A stretch of 64,000 nucleotides of DNA. Origin: Schizosaccharomyces osmophilus. Lineage: Eukaryota. How positions within the stretch are numbered: position 1 is the stretch's first letter; each line of letters starts with the position of its first letter. The notes under the pieces were generated by a model. It was given only the letters and a program-made list of their open reading frames with translations. It was not told the origin of the DNA and did not search any database. A program made the translations under genes and the position numbers. Of this stretch, positions 1 to 11,528 are shown piece by piece. The stretch spans positions 1,116,001 through 1,180,000 of the forward strand of contig NC_079238.1 of assembly GCF_027921745.1 (NCBI RefSeq). The letters are read 5' to 3'.

Positions 1-1717
1 ATTGTTCATGCAAATGGGAATCTATACGATGTAGGCTACTCGAAATGTTCGATTGTAACAAACAAAGATGAGCACTGATGCGATATCTATGAGCCCAAAT
101 AATTTCTATAATTTCTACAGTATTTCCAGGAAACAAACAGATATTTAGCTTAGATAAAAGCGAATAAGAGAAAGCACAAAGAGTCTTCTTCGCTCGAAGT
201 AAAATATATAAAAACGAGAGTTGTCCTAAAAGACAGAGAAGTACCTAAAGATAGTATTTTCTTTTTTAAATAAAACAAAACAGATTATCAGGTCCTCTGT
301 ACTTGGATTCCTTCGTCCCTCCGGGTGAAAGACGTGGAGATGGGTGGTAAAATTGTCGCGTTGAACAAAAGAAATGTGTATAACGATAGCGATGACTCAA
401 CAAGATAGTGCTTTCAGGTTACATGAACCCACTAATTTTAGAACGAGATGTCGGTTTTGTTTATTTTCTGCTTGTCGAACTGAATGAAAAAAGAAATGAA
501 CGCGCCTTGAATATAATGCATCAACCTGCACAGATACGCGTTGCTAAGGCCTTTAATGAACAACAAATTGCACCACCTTTTCACAGAAACCCGAAAGAGT
601 TCCTTTTCAGTATACAATTAATCTCATAAAGACGCTTCTTTTGTTTTTATTGTCATATGGCAATACGATGTATCGTGCAACAGGAATTTGGGATTTGTTA
701 ACATGATTTTGAGTTTCTCTTTATATGCAATTCACATGAATCCTTTTTTTACATACTTCTTCAGATGATACAGAACATCAAAAAATACATTCAATCAAGA
801 AACATCTAGTTACTTTAAACTGAGTTTGTCTTTTCATACAAATTATTCATTTGGTAGATAATATCACTTTGTATACATTACCACGTCTTGTATGGTATCA
901 ATCAAAAGCTAAAACTAACTAGTAACAAAATACAAACGGAAAATATAAAAGGCATCAGAAAGATAACGCATAATTTTTAGTCAACAGAGCTTTTCAGACA
1001 AACCATGAAAAAAAGTGTTACTCATCACTTGCCTTTGGTAGAAGTAAGAAGTCTTGAAAGGGTTTATATAGAAAAAACAGAAATCGATTGCATACAGGAG
1101 TTGGTACCAAAAAAAGCTAAAGGTTTATGATTGATTTTGCGTTCTAGGTCTGTGTATTTATTTGTAACGATAAGATCCAGTTTATCAAAGTTTCATTAGC
1201 ATGCAAATTCCGTAGACGATAAATTTAGAGAGATTCATTAATTGCATTTAATTTATTCTTTGGTATATATTTATTATTAAAAAAGGAGAACTTACAGAGT
1301 TAAAATTTTTGAAGCAAAATAACGGTGTAGTTTGTTTACATTTTTTTGTGCTAAATCTCACTAAATGGATTCTATGAAGTCCGTATGCCACCAGCAGATG
1401 TGTAGATATCTTGCCTAAAACACACATCTGAAACTTCGCGGTTTGAGAAACGGTCCCATTAATTTTCGCTCAGAGGCGCCAATTGGATGCAATATTGGTT
1501 TCTTTAAATAGAAGGCGTAGGACACGCGTCAATATACAAAGCGTGCAGTTGACGGGAAACAGTTCGAGCAAGCAGAACTTTTAACTTGAATAAACGTGTG
1601 TTTAAGCATTGTCCTTTCAAAAAACAATATTTAAATATTTGCAGAAAGCAGCAAGTGCTTTTTTCGGGTTCCCGGACTCATCTTTCTATTCATTTAAAGT
1701 ATTGAGCAAGATTTACC

Positions 1718-2866
1718 ATGGGTCTTTTCAAAAAGAAAAAGGGTGTCAATCCCGATATGTACAAGGCTCCAGAGGAAGGCAGCTCAGCCGCCAGTACTGG
1801 AACTCCTGCCCCTTCTTATACCTCTAATGGCTATTCAGGTAATTCATACCCTAACGCGTACAGTACAGGCAGTGGATATGAAACTAGTATGCCAAAGGGT
1901 GGTTATAATATGCAGTCAATTCGCAATGATCCGTATGCCCGAAAAGACATGCCTCCAATGCGATCCGGAGCTGCTGTAGCTTCTTCGGCTCCTTCCACAC
2001 CTTCCGGTTATGAACGGCCAAGCTATCAACGTTCTCCAGCAAGTCAAACAACTTTGGACTTGAAAAAGCAAGAATTATTTCAAGGTGCACGTCGCATACA
2101 AGAAAATTCAGAAAACTATTTGAATGAAGATGGGGACGAAGCTGACATGGCCGAATCATATAATGCGACTGCAGAGGAAGACGAGGACGTTGAGGCTATA
2201 AAGCAAAAAATTCAATTTGTCAAGCAAGACAGTTTATCAAGCACAAGGAATGCCTTGCAAATGGCAAACAATGCTGAACAAGCAGGGATGGCCACACTTC
2301 AAAACTTGGGGCAACAAACAGAAAAAGTTGCAAGCGCCGAAAAAGAGCTGGACGTTGCTAAGATTCATGCAAAGCGAGCAGAAGAGCAGGCTAGGGAACT
2401 GAAAACCTTAAATAGAAGCATGTTTGCTATTCACATTGGGAAACCATGGGGTAAAGGGAAGCGTGTAGCTGCCGAGGAGGCACGGCTTACTGCTAAGCGT
2501 GAAGCTGAACGTCAAGATGAACTTTTGAATAGACAGTTTGCATTTCAGTCTCAGCGCCGTATTGGTGAGACTATGAAGAAAAATCAGAAGGAATCAGTTA
2601 AACCTAATGATAAGAAAGGAGTTTCCATTATCGAGCGCTCGCGTTATCAGTTTGAGCCCGATGCAGAAGATGACATGAACGAGAAAGAAATAGATAAAAA
2701 CTTAGACCAGCTTGATGGTGTTGTTGGCCGTTTGAAGGGTTTAGCATATGCTACTGGACAAGAAGTTGAATCCCAAAACACTCGACTCGGCAAAGTTCAC
2801 GATAAAAGTGATCGTCTGGATACCGACGTATATCTCAATGTTGAACGTCTTCGTAACATCCATTAA
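1718..2866 (+). CDS. sec9: Plasma-membrane t-SNARE Sec9 (SNAP-25-like, Qb+Qc SNARE motifs), 382 aa
   Basis: Intronless ORF; low-complexity N-terminus, then two SNARE coils (SLSSTRNALQMA...ELKTLNRSMFAIH and EKEIDKNLDQLDGVVGRLKGLAYATGQEVESQN). Confidence 0.93.
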   Translation: MGLFKKKKGVNPDMYKAPEEGSSAASTGTPAPSYTSNGYSGNSYPNAYSTGSGYETSMPKGGYNMQSIRNDPYARKDMPPMRSGAAVASSAPSTPSGYERPSYQRSPASQTTLDLKKQELFQGARRIQENSENYLNEDGDEADMAESYNATAEEDEDVEAIKQKIQFVKQDSLSSTRNALQMANNAEQAGMATLQNLGQQTEKVASAEKELDVAKIHAKRAEEQARELKTLNRSMFAIHIGKPWGKGKRVAAEEARLTAKREAERQDELLNRQFAFQSQRRIGETMKKNQKESVKPNDKKGVSIIERSRYQFEPDAEDDMNEKEIDKNLDQLDGVVGRLKGLAYATGQEVESQNTRLGKVHDKSDRLDTDVYLNVERLRNIH

Positions 2867-3412
2867 TGCATGAATTCCTCTTTTCCGAAATTAACTTATT
2901 GATTACATCCGATAGGAACTAGTCCTTTTTATTGCAGTTATACTTTTATGAACGGAGCATTACTTTTAAAGATTTTATAATATACATTTATAGGAGTCTA
3001 CATTTTATGAAAAAAAATCGCGCTACACCTTGTAGTTGAATAAATACTACCTAAAGGTTTTTATTAAAACGTGTTATATTGGTCATGTATTCGAGTTTTC
3101 GTAAACAAATAGCTCCATAGAATCTATTTAAAGTTGCGTTTTGTTCAAAAAAAGCTGCTATACTGGATGACTCTGTTTCTAAAGCTGCTAAAAACCAAAG
3201 AATGATTTGAGCGGAATTTTCTTACAAGTTTGTTTTATGAAATTAGCAAGTAAATTGTTTCGAAGGCGTAAATCATTACCAACATAAAAGGCATTTATTG
3301 AATTGGAGATTCTCAAAAATTATGTTTATAGCAAATATTATCGTGATGGGTTTCTTTATACGGTTTCATCAAGATTTTCCTAAATAGAAGAAGCAAAAAA
3401 GAAAAGTAAAAT

Positions 3413-4441
<1,029 letters not shown>

Positions 4442-4460
4442 TTAAGACATCCTAGCCATC

Positions 4461-4467
4461 ATTTATA
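4461..4467 (-). promoter_or_regulatory. Probable TATA box (TATAAAT) of thi2
   Basis: Plus-strand atttata reads TATAAAT on the minus strand, about 65 nt upstream of the thi2 ATG. Confidence 0.55.
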
Positions 4468-4507
4468 CCTGAATTCGGCCTCCCTTTGACCTGACCATTT
4501 AGTCTAC

Positions 4508-5074
4508 TTGCGATCATGGACGCGGTTTCGGATATCCGAAGTATCGAACTTTTCAAACACATATCCGATTACGGATGCAATCTTTCAAAAGTCTTTTTAT
4601 TTTACCTTGTATGATACTTGAGCAGGAAACATACTAAGAAAAGGCTCTAAATGTGGTCATCGTTCGCTCTTTAAAATGTTTGAAAACGTCAGTAATGAAT
4701 TGTTGTTTACGTTGGAATGATTCCCTTGGCAGTCTGCTATTTCGAAAAGCATTGCGATCCGGATACGAATGAGCGAAACAGTTGTTGGCGGTTTGCTGAG
4801 ATTTGAAAGACTATGGATTCATAAAGAAAGAGTAAAGAAATTTACCAATTCCAATTGTTTTTCCTTTGAAATTCAGTGGAAATATCGGATTGTCATAGGC
4901 CATGTGTGGAGATAGTGTCCATTGCGATTGGTATACCTTGCGGTTTGAAATTACAGACTCTTTCGTGTCCATACTTTTTCTTTTCTTTTCTTTTCTTTTT
5001 CTTTTCTTTTCCTTTTCCTTTTCCTTTTACGGCCAAATCACCCACATGAACAAAAGAAATCTACCTCATCGGAT
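4508..5074. promoter_or_regulatory. Cluster of CGGAT/ATCCG and TTGCGAT motifs in the thi2-tda1 divergent promoter
   Basis: TTCGGATATCCGAA palindrome 4527-4540; ATCCG-ATTA-CGGAT 4563-4576; ATCCGGAT 4757-4764; CGGAT at 4886 and 5070; TTGCGAT at 4508, 4752, 4922. Confidence 0.45.
4974..5028 (+). repeat. Polypyrimidine (CTTTT)n/(CCTTTT)n microsatellite
   Basis: About 55 nt of uninterrupted C/T with 5-6 nt periodicity. Confidence 0.85.
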
Positions 5075-5959
5075 AGTGCCTTGCGTTTCAATGCGTAAAT
5101 CATAGAAACCGAGTTGCGGTATACTTTGTTCGTAAACAAACAAGTAGATGCATGTTTGAATGCAAAAGATTTTATCACAGATCAGCAAAATGAACTAGAA
5201 CGAAGAGGTTTGATAAGCTGTGCACATATTTCATTCTTTGATGCATGCGATTCAAATTTTGAGAGGAAACATGGTCAAAGGAGTTTTTTTTTTTTTAAGC
5301 TCGCGAAGCTTGCAAAAACCTCAACTGAATTTGGCATCGAATTGCCTTTTCTTCGTTTTCGCAATTTCCCGTCCTTCGTAAACCGTTGGTGTTGCATGCA
5401 TATGCCACTTTGTTTACCAAGGAGAGACGTCCCTAAGAGTAGGAACAGCTCGGTCGGAACTGTAGCATTTCTCAATTGATTGACATATCGCTTCGAAGAT
5501 GTTTGCATTTCCGCAAAATTGCCTTTTCCTTTTGACATTCCTCAAAATTTTTTCATATGGTTTACCGGTATGCGTTGCGGTGCCCAAGTAAATAATGCCC
5601 AGATTCTTTTGAAGGAATACATTCATTCAACGGGGTTTTCCAAATTGCAGGCCCACACAAACAGAGAAAACAGTCAGTCAACAAATGGATGAATGGGACT
5701 CTGAATTTCTAGATTTGTGTCCCCCTTCGCCCGCGTGCAAGCATTGAATCGTTCACTTCATTTACGATTTTCAGTTCAACACAGTCCTTACTCATTGCCG
5801 GGTATTTGGTTACGAGTTTGGACCAAAACAGCTGGCTGCTGTTTTGTTTTTTCGTCTTTATTTCCATTTCTATTTCGATCTTTTTCATCTAAATCTCAAA
5901 GCGTTAACGAACCCTTGTGAAATTCTCCTTGTCACGCTAGAAAGGTGTTTTCACCCTAC

Positions 5960-6051
5960 ATGGAAATGTTGTCTTCAGCCAAACCTAAGAGATCAGCCAA
6001 GAAGGAGTTTGCATTCTCATTGCGTTTCGCAATTGCATGATTTATCAATAG
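5960..6051 (+). promoter_or_regulatory. Two overlapping uORFs upstream of tda1 (26 aa and 4 aa)
   Basis: ATG 5960 to TGA 6040 = MEMLSSAKPKRSAKKEFAFSLRFAIA; ATG 6037 overlaps that stop (ATGA) and gives MIYQ-TAG ending 6051; main ATG at 6063. Transcript start unknown. Confidence 0.45.
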
Positions 6052-6062
6052 CTGTTGCAAAT

Positions 6063-7856
6063 ATGTACGGTTCGCTGCTTCGAACGGGTCGTTTGGCTCG
6101 TAGAGCTTTCGATACCCAATCTTTAAGAAAAATCCAAGTTCCTCGTGCATCGTCACTTTGGAGCTTACAATGCAGACGATGGAATTCAAACAATGCTAAA
6201 AGTGTCGACGAGAATTACCGTGATCTTCATATCCCAGGAATTATCGAGGATAATATTTCTCCAGCTACTGCTGAAAAAGAAAGCTCCCATGTCTCTTTTG
6301 ACATCCCTAAGGATATGCTTCTGCCCGATGGAATGCCAGACTATTTACGCCTTACATTGACTTCTCACGTTTACGATGTTATCGAAGAAACGCCTTTAAC
6401 AAAAGGTGTCGTCATTTCTGAAAGTACAGGAGTCCCTGTTTATTTGAAACGTGAAGATCTTACCCCCGTTTTCTCTTTCAAAGTTCGTGGTGCTCACAAC
6501 AAGATGGCATCTCTTGACCCGAAATTGCTGGAACGCGGTGTCATTGCCTGTTCAGCCGGTAACCATGCCCAGGGTGTTGCTTATTCTGCTAAACAACTGG
6601 GTGTAAAGGCAACTATTGTGATGCCCCAAAACACTCCCGACATCAAATGGAAAAACGTAAAAAGACTCGGCGCTAACGTTTTGTTACATGGGGCCAATTT
6701 TGATATCGCAAAGCAAGAATGCAATCGTCTCGCGGAGGAACACAACCTTCGTATCATCCACCCTTATGATGATCCTTACGTTATTGCTGGACAAGGTACT
6801 GTTGGTTTGGAGATTCTTCACCAATTGGACCTCCGTAAATTAGATGCTATTTACTGTGCTATCGGTGGTGGTGGTCTTATTGCCGGTATTAGTGCTTATG
6901 TAAAGCGAATTGCTCCTCATGTCAAAATTATTGGTGTCGAAACCTTTGATGCTGATGCGTTTTCACGCTCCGTAGAAGAGAAAAAGCGTGTTACCTTGAA
7001 GGATGTAGGTTTGTTTGCCGACGGTACCGCTGTCAAGATTGTGGGTCAAGAAACCTATCGGGTTGCTTCCAAGTATGTTGATGATGTTGTTTTGGTCGAT
7101 AAAGATGAAATTTGTGCTGCCATCAAAGATGTCTTTTTGGATACCCGTTCCGTCGTCGAACCTTCAGGTGCTATGTCTGTTGCCGGTATGAAGCGTTATA
7201 TGGCAAAGCACAAGCCTCAAAATACAGATTCCGCCTCTCAAGTATGCGTCTTGTCTGGCGCCAACATGGATTTTGATCGTCTTCGTTTTGTCGCCGAACG
7301 TGCCGACCTTGGTTTGAATAAGGAAGTTTTCTTGAGCGTGACTATCCCTGAACGCCCTGGATCTTTTGAGAAACTCCACAGTATCATTACTCCTCGAAGC
7401 ATTACTGAGTTCTCTTACCGCTACGACAACTCTGAGTATGCCAATATTTACACATCGTTTGTCGTCCAAGATCGCGTGAAAGAACTTCCTGAGGTGCTTC
7501 AAAAAATTTCAGAGCACAACATGGTTGCCGAAGACATTAGCGACAATGAGCTTGCTAAGACACATGCCCGTTATCTCATCGGCGGTAAATCCGACGTCTT
7601 AAATGAACGTTTGTATCGCTTTGAATTTCCTGAACGTCCTGGAGCTCTTAGCAAATTCTTGAAGAGTTTGAAGGAAGTATGCAGTATTTCCTTGTTCCAT
7701 TACAGAAATTGTGGTGGTGATACTGCCAATGTGCTTGCTGGTTTGCAAGTCAAGGAAGGTCAATTGAAGAAGTTGAACGATATATTAGAGACGATGGGCT
7801 ATGCCTGGGTTGATGAAAGCAACAATCCTGTATATTTGCGTTATTTAAGAAAATAG
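6063..7856 (+). CDS. tda1: Biosynthetic threonine ammonia-lyase (Ilv1/IlvA), mitochondrial presequence, 597 aa
   Basis: PLP lysine motif REDLTPVFSFKVRGA, SAGNHAQG, IGGGGL, two C-terminal ACT-like repeats (IPERPGS, FPERPGAL). First in-frame ATG at 6063 begins an Arg/Ser/Leu-rich targeting peptide. Confidence 0.95.
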   Translation: MYGSLLRTGRLARRAFDTQSLRKIQVPRASSLWSLQCRRWNSNNAKSVDENYRDLHIPGIIEDNISPATAEKESSHVSFDIPKDMLLPDGMPDYLRLTLTSHVYDVIEETPLTKGVVISESTGVPVYLKREDLTPVFSFKVRGAHNKMASLDPKLLERGVIACSAGNHAQGVAYSAKQLGVKATIVMPQNTPDIKWKNVKRLGANVLLHGANFDIAKQECNRLAEEHNLRIIHPYDDPYVIAGQGTVGLEILHQLDLRKLDAIYCAIGGGGLIAGISAYVKRIAPHVKIIGVETFDADAFSRSVEEKKRVTLKDVGLFADGTAVKIVGQETYRVASKYVDDVVLVDKDEICAAIKDVFLDTRSVVEPSGAMSVAGMKRYMAKHKPQNTDSASQVCVLSGANMDFDRLRFVAERADLGLNKEVFLSVTIPERPGSFEKLHSIITPRSITEFSYRYDNSEYANIYTSFVVQDRVKELPEVLQKISEHNMVAEDISDNELAKTHARYLIGGKSDVLNERLYRFEFPERPGALSKFLKSLKEVCSISLFHYRNCGGDTANVLAGLQVKEGQLKKLNDILETMGYAWVDESNNPVYLRYLRK

Positions 7857-8387
7857 TTACATTCAATCGAAAACTTGTGAAAAAAAAGGACTGCAAAGTA
7901 GTTTATGGAAGTTGAGAATTCCAATGGTTGAAAAAAAGAAAGATAGTTTTTGCTTTCTATCGCAGTCGTCAACGTTTATCTTGTTATTTCCTTTTCAATT
8001 CAAGCCGAGGTTTATGAGATAGGTTGAAAGGATCGTACATCTTTTTGGTATATATAGGGAAATGGGATCGTGTTTCTCCCGGAAAAGGATCCCCTTTTTA
8101 TTTTATGCAAGTGTTGAAGAAGGGTTATTTACTCTGCAACTAGAACTGTATATCGATTTGGTGGTTTATAGAAGAATAATAAAATAATTTCATTACATTT
8201 TAGGTGGGTACAAATATGTTGACTAGCATCGTAAGGTGGAAGGAGGATGGACAAAACTAATTACCAATTTCGAATGCCATTGCAGGAAAATTCTTTCATC
8301 ACTTCATGTCTTAAAACCCCCAGTAGCAGCGCAGCGGTGTACGCGGTTAGTAGTTGGTCGCTCAATAAGTCCATCAAAGAAGGGTGT

Positions 8388-8740
8388 TTATTCCTCAGTA
8401 ACAAAACCTTTGGTTTTAAGAGCATCTTGTGCTTCTTTAATATCCTATTTGCGTCAACGTCAGTACAAATTCTACAAACAACTCAAAAAAAAGGAAACAA
8501 TCCAATAAAAGCAAAAAAACATACATTGACTAAGTCCACATAAGCTTGAGGTTTATCGTGAGTCGTAGCAACGTTATACAACAATGTAACACCTAAATAA
8601 GAGCCAAATGCCAGAATAAATAAATAAGGTGTATAGGGACGCAAACTCGACCATGGTTCTTCCAAATCAAATAAGTACGTTACGCGGTACAAGATTGTGA
8701 GTAAAACGTAGTACAGTATAATCTTTTGAATTCTCTGCAT
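8388..8740 (-). CDS. dpm3: Dolichol-phosphate mannosyltransferase subunit 3, 90 aa; exons 8740-8525, 8444-8388
   Basis: Two TM segments, then ...THDKPQAYVDLVN|DIKEAQDALKTKGFVTEE after removing a GTATGT...CTGAC...TAG intron (8524-8445). Confidence 0.88.
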
Positions 8741-9405
8741 TTTGAACAAATAAAAGATATCGGTAAGTCAAAGATGAAGAAATGTTGCAGTTCTCTGAGT
8801 AGACGAGAGATGCATTGTCTCCACTTACTGACACATAACGAGTACGATGTTAGAATGAAATCCGGCTTTACGAAAAATAGCACCAGGTTACGGTTATTTG
8901 TTAAAACGATAAGGACACTTACCAAAGCATGCAATTTACACTTACCAGCTATGTGAAAAGCGTTTCTTATTGAGAGTTTATGAGGGTTTCTTAAATCTCT
9001 TTCGTAAATAAACAATAGTGGAAAAGTGAATGTGATGACTTCCAAAGAATTAGATTTTCGGTATTTGTGAATGAAGATTTGATGGCTGAACAATGCTGTT
9101 TATTTTGCAAAAGCATTGTGCTGGGAGGACAGTAAATGAACTTGAAAAGATGTTGTTTTTGTTCATTGAAACCGTTTGCGTTCGTCCTTTCATCTGCTTA
9201 TTTTTTTTCTTTCTATGAGTTTTTTTCTCTTTTAGTTTAATGCATAATTGCCATACTTTGTTGTCTAGCGTCTTCCGTGAAGAATCGGCAATTCACTCGG
9301 ACCGGATGGTTTGACTTGCCAAATATAGCAATAGCCACTACCAACTTTAGCATCGCACAGGATTCAATTGAACTTATTAGGAAAGAATCAATAGTACAGT
9401 TTCCA

Positions 9406-10221
9406 ATGATAGGAAGAAATCCAGAAAACTACATTAAGCATGTTATCCGAAACGTCTATAACGACTTTCAGCTGTTGATTGACGAAGGCGTTTTGGACAA
9501 CGATGCTCTTCATTGGCTTCAACAAAAACTTCCCTCTGAAGGCAATGGAGTTGTCACTCCAACAACGAAAGCTAGAAAAGCTGATGTTCAAGCGTCTTCT
9601 GACTCTGCTTCGGAACCCCAGACTAGTTTTGTGACATCCAAGGTTGCTTCACTTTCTGTAAACCAAAATGAAGAAAAAACACCTATGGATCAATCTCCCT
9701 CAAATGTCTCCGGCCCTCAGCCCAGCCCTAGCAATCCTGATAAAGCATCTGCTGAACAGCTTAGTGCAGAGGCACACTTGCCTCCTCCTCCAAGTTATCC
9801 TCACGCTGTGGAAAACAGCACAATTGAGCGTGTCGTTGCCCTGTACAATTTCCCAGGCCCTGATGCCGGTGATCTACCCTTCAACACTGGCGATGTGATT
9901 GATGTGAAGGAACACATCAACAAGGACTGGTGGCGTGGTAGTCTCCATGGAAGAGAGGGCATTTTCCCTTCCAACTATGTTTCCTTTTTGCAAGATCCTT
10001 CAACCAGGCCACCTGCCCAGTATCCTTCTCCTGGCAGCTCTTCGTTCGCCCCGGGATATCCTCAGGGTTATGGTGGTCAACAACAACCCGTCGTTGTGGC
10101 ACAAAACCCATCTCCCAAAAAGAACAACGGCTTGAAGAAGTTTGGTAGCAACGTTGGAAGCGCCTTTGTTTTCGGTGCAGGTGCTACCGCTGGTGCCGAC
10201 CTTGTCAACTCTATCTTTTAA
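9406..10221 (+). CDS. csh3: SH3-domain Lsb1/Pin3-family protein
   Basis: PPPPSY (PY motif), SH3 domain (ALYNFPGPDAGDLPF...WWRG...GIFPSNYV), family C-terminus FGSNVGSAFVFGAGATAGADLVNSIF. First ATG 9406. Confidence 0.88.
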   Translation: MIGRNPENYIKHVIRNVYNDFQLLIDEGVLDNDALHWLQQKLPSEGNGVVTPTTKARKADVQASSDSASEPQTSFVTSKVASLSVNQNEEKTPMDQSPSNVSGPQPSPSNPDKASAEQLSAEAHLPPPPSYPHAVENSTIERVVALYNFPGPDAGDLPFNTGDVIDVKEHINKDWWRGSLHGREGIFPSNYVSFLQDPSTRPPAQYPSPGSSSFAPGYPQGYGGQQQPVVVAQNPSPKKNNGLKKFGSNVGSAFVFGAGATAGADLVNSIF

Positions 10222-11129
10222 AACGTTCATCGTCTGGTTTCCAATTTGTGTTTACGTCTCCTACTTTTATTTTTCTGTATCTTTACGGTTCCCTTTTCAT
10301 GTTTTCTTTTATGAAAGAATTTCCTTGGCTATTTGCCAAGCCAGCTGTGGTATGTTGGACGCATTTTAATCTTTTTTTCTTGTCTTTTCGTACTGTGTAG
10401 CTTTTTGCTTACATTTTTTAAATTTGCTGTTTATCATTCCTATGTTTTTTAGTCTTTTTTTTTTTTTTTTTTTTGTTGTTGTTGTTGTATTACTTTATAA
10501 AATTTACATTTCATGGATTTTTTTGTATGATGAATGGTAGAAAAGAAAACTCTTATTCAATCTTTGCTTGCTAAAGAGCACATCTCTCCTTTTTCTCAAA
10601 GGAGGAACGAATTATCACTAATGATTCATAAATTCATTGGTAGGAATACAGAAAAGGTGAAAAATAAATAAGTCGACTAACGAATGGTTCCAATGAAAAA
10701 ACAATCATTACAAACAAGGACAAAAGGTCATTAGGATGTGAGACGAAAGCACTGAAACAATGGTTTCAAGTGTGTGTCCCAATTCAAACATAGAGAAAAC
10801 GGTACATCAAAAGGCATAGAAAGATTGAAAATACCAAAAAGTAAAAAAGATAGAAAGAGCAACAAACAAGATGAAGTAGGAGAAAGATCAAAGGGAGATG
10901 TAAAGAGAGGAAAGAGACTGCAACAATCCTACAAAATTAAGTCAACATTTTTCGAACAAAACAAATGAAAACAACAACGGCATTAAGATATTAAAAAATC
11001 GAGGATTGTTGCATTGCAATGAAAAATGAAGCCTTTATAAAGTCTTTAGAAAGGAAACACAAGAAGGAATCCATTCGACCAAAATAAAAATCATAAAGGA
11101 ATGATTTTTCGCTTTCGACCTTTGTTTGT

Positions 11130-11528
11130 TTACATGCTCTGGCGAGATTCATTGTTTACGCGTTCGGTAATATCCATGGTCGCGTCGCCCATGGGTGTAT
11201 GAAAGAGATCAAACAGGGTCGTCTCGTTCATGATATCCGAGGCCGCTAGAGCACGCTTTGTAGATTTAACGGAGGTATCGTTGGAGCTCTTTGAAACATT
11301 CTCCTTATTTTCGAATTCCGCTGTAATCAAAGGAACAGTCGCTGGAGAACGACGGTAAGTGCATTTTGTGCGTTTCATAGGATAGCTACGTAGAGGTGAC
11401 AGTATCGATGCGTTACCTGTAGCACCAGAAGTGTTTGTTTTGGAGACACGAGCTGCAGTAGTAGTAGGAGAAACAGAAGAGCTGCGTTGGGTTTGAAGAG
11501 AAGAAGCATTGATGTTGGAAGGGTTCAT
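11130..11528 (-). CDS. mei3: Meiosis inducer Mei3 (Pat1/Ran1 kinase inhibitor), 132 aa
   Basis: Ser/Thr-rich N-half, then PMKRTK..RRSPA, ENKEN and SDIMNETTL.D.FH blocks matching my recollection of S. pombe Mei3; convergent with csh3, which I recall as its S. pombe neighbour. Confidence 0.78.
   Translation of the reverse strand: MNPSNINASSLQTQRSSSVSPTTTAARVSKTNTSGATGNASILSPLRSYPMKRTKCTYRRSPATVPLITAEFENKENVSKSSNDTSVKSTKRALAASDIMNETTLFDLFHTPMGDATMDITERVNNESRQSM

Noticed and set aside
5844..6062. N-terminal extensions in the ORF track (tda1; also egt1, csh3, imp1, tea2, noc4, trs85)
   Set aside because: Artefacts of TTG/GTG starts; the first ATG fits each family. Near-cognate initiation cannot be excluded but is unsupported.
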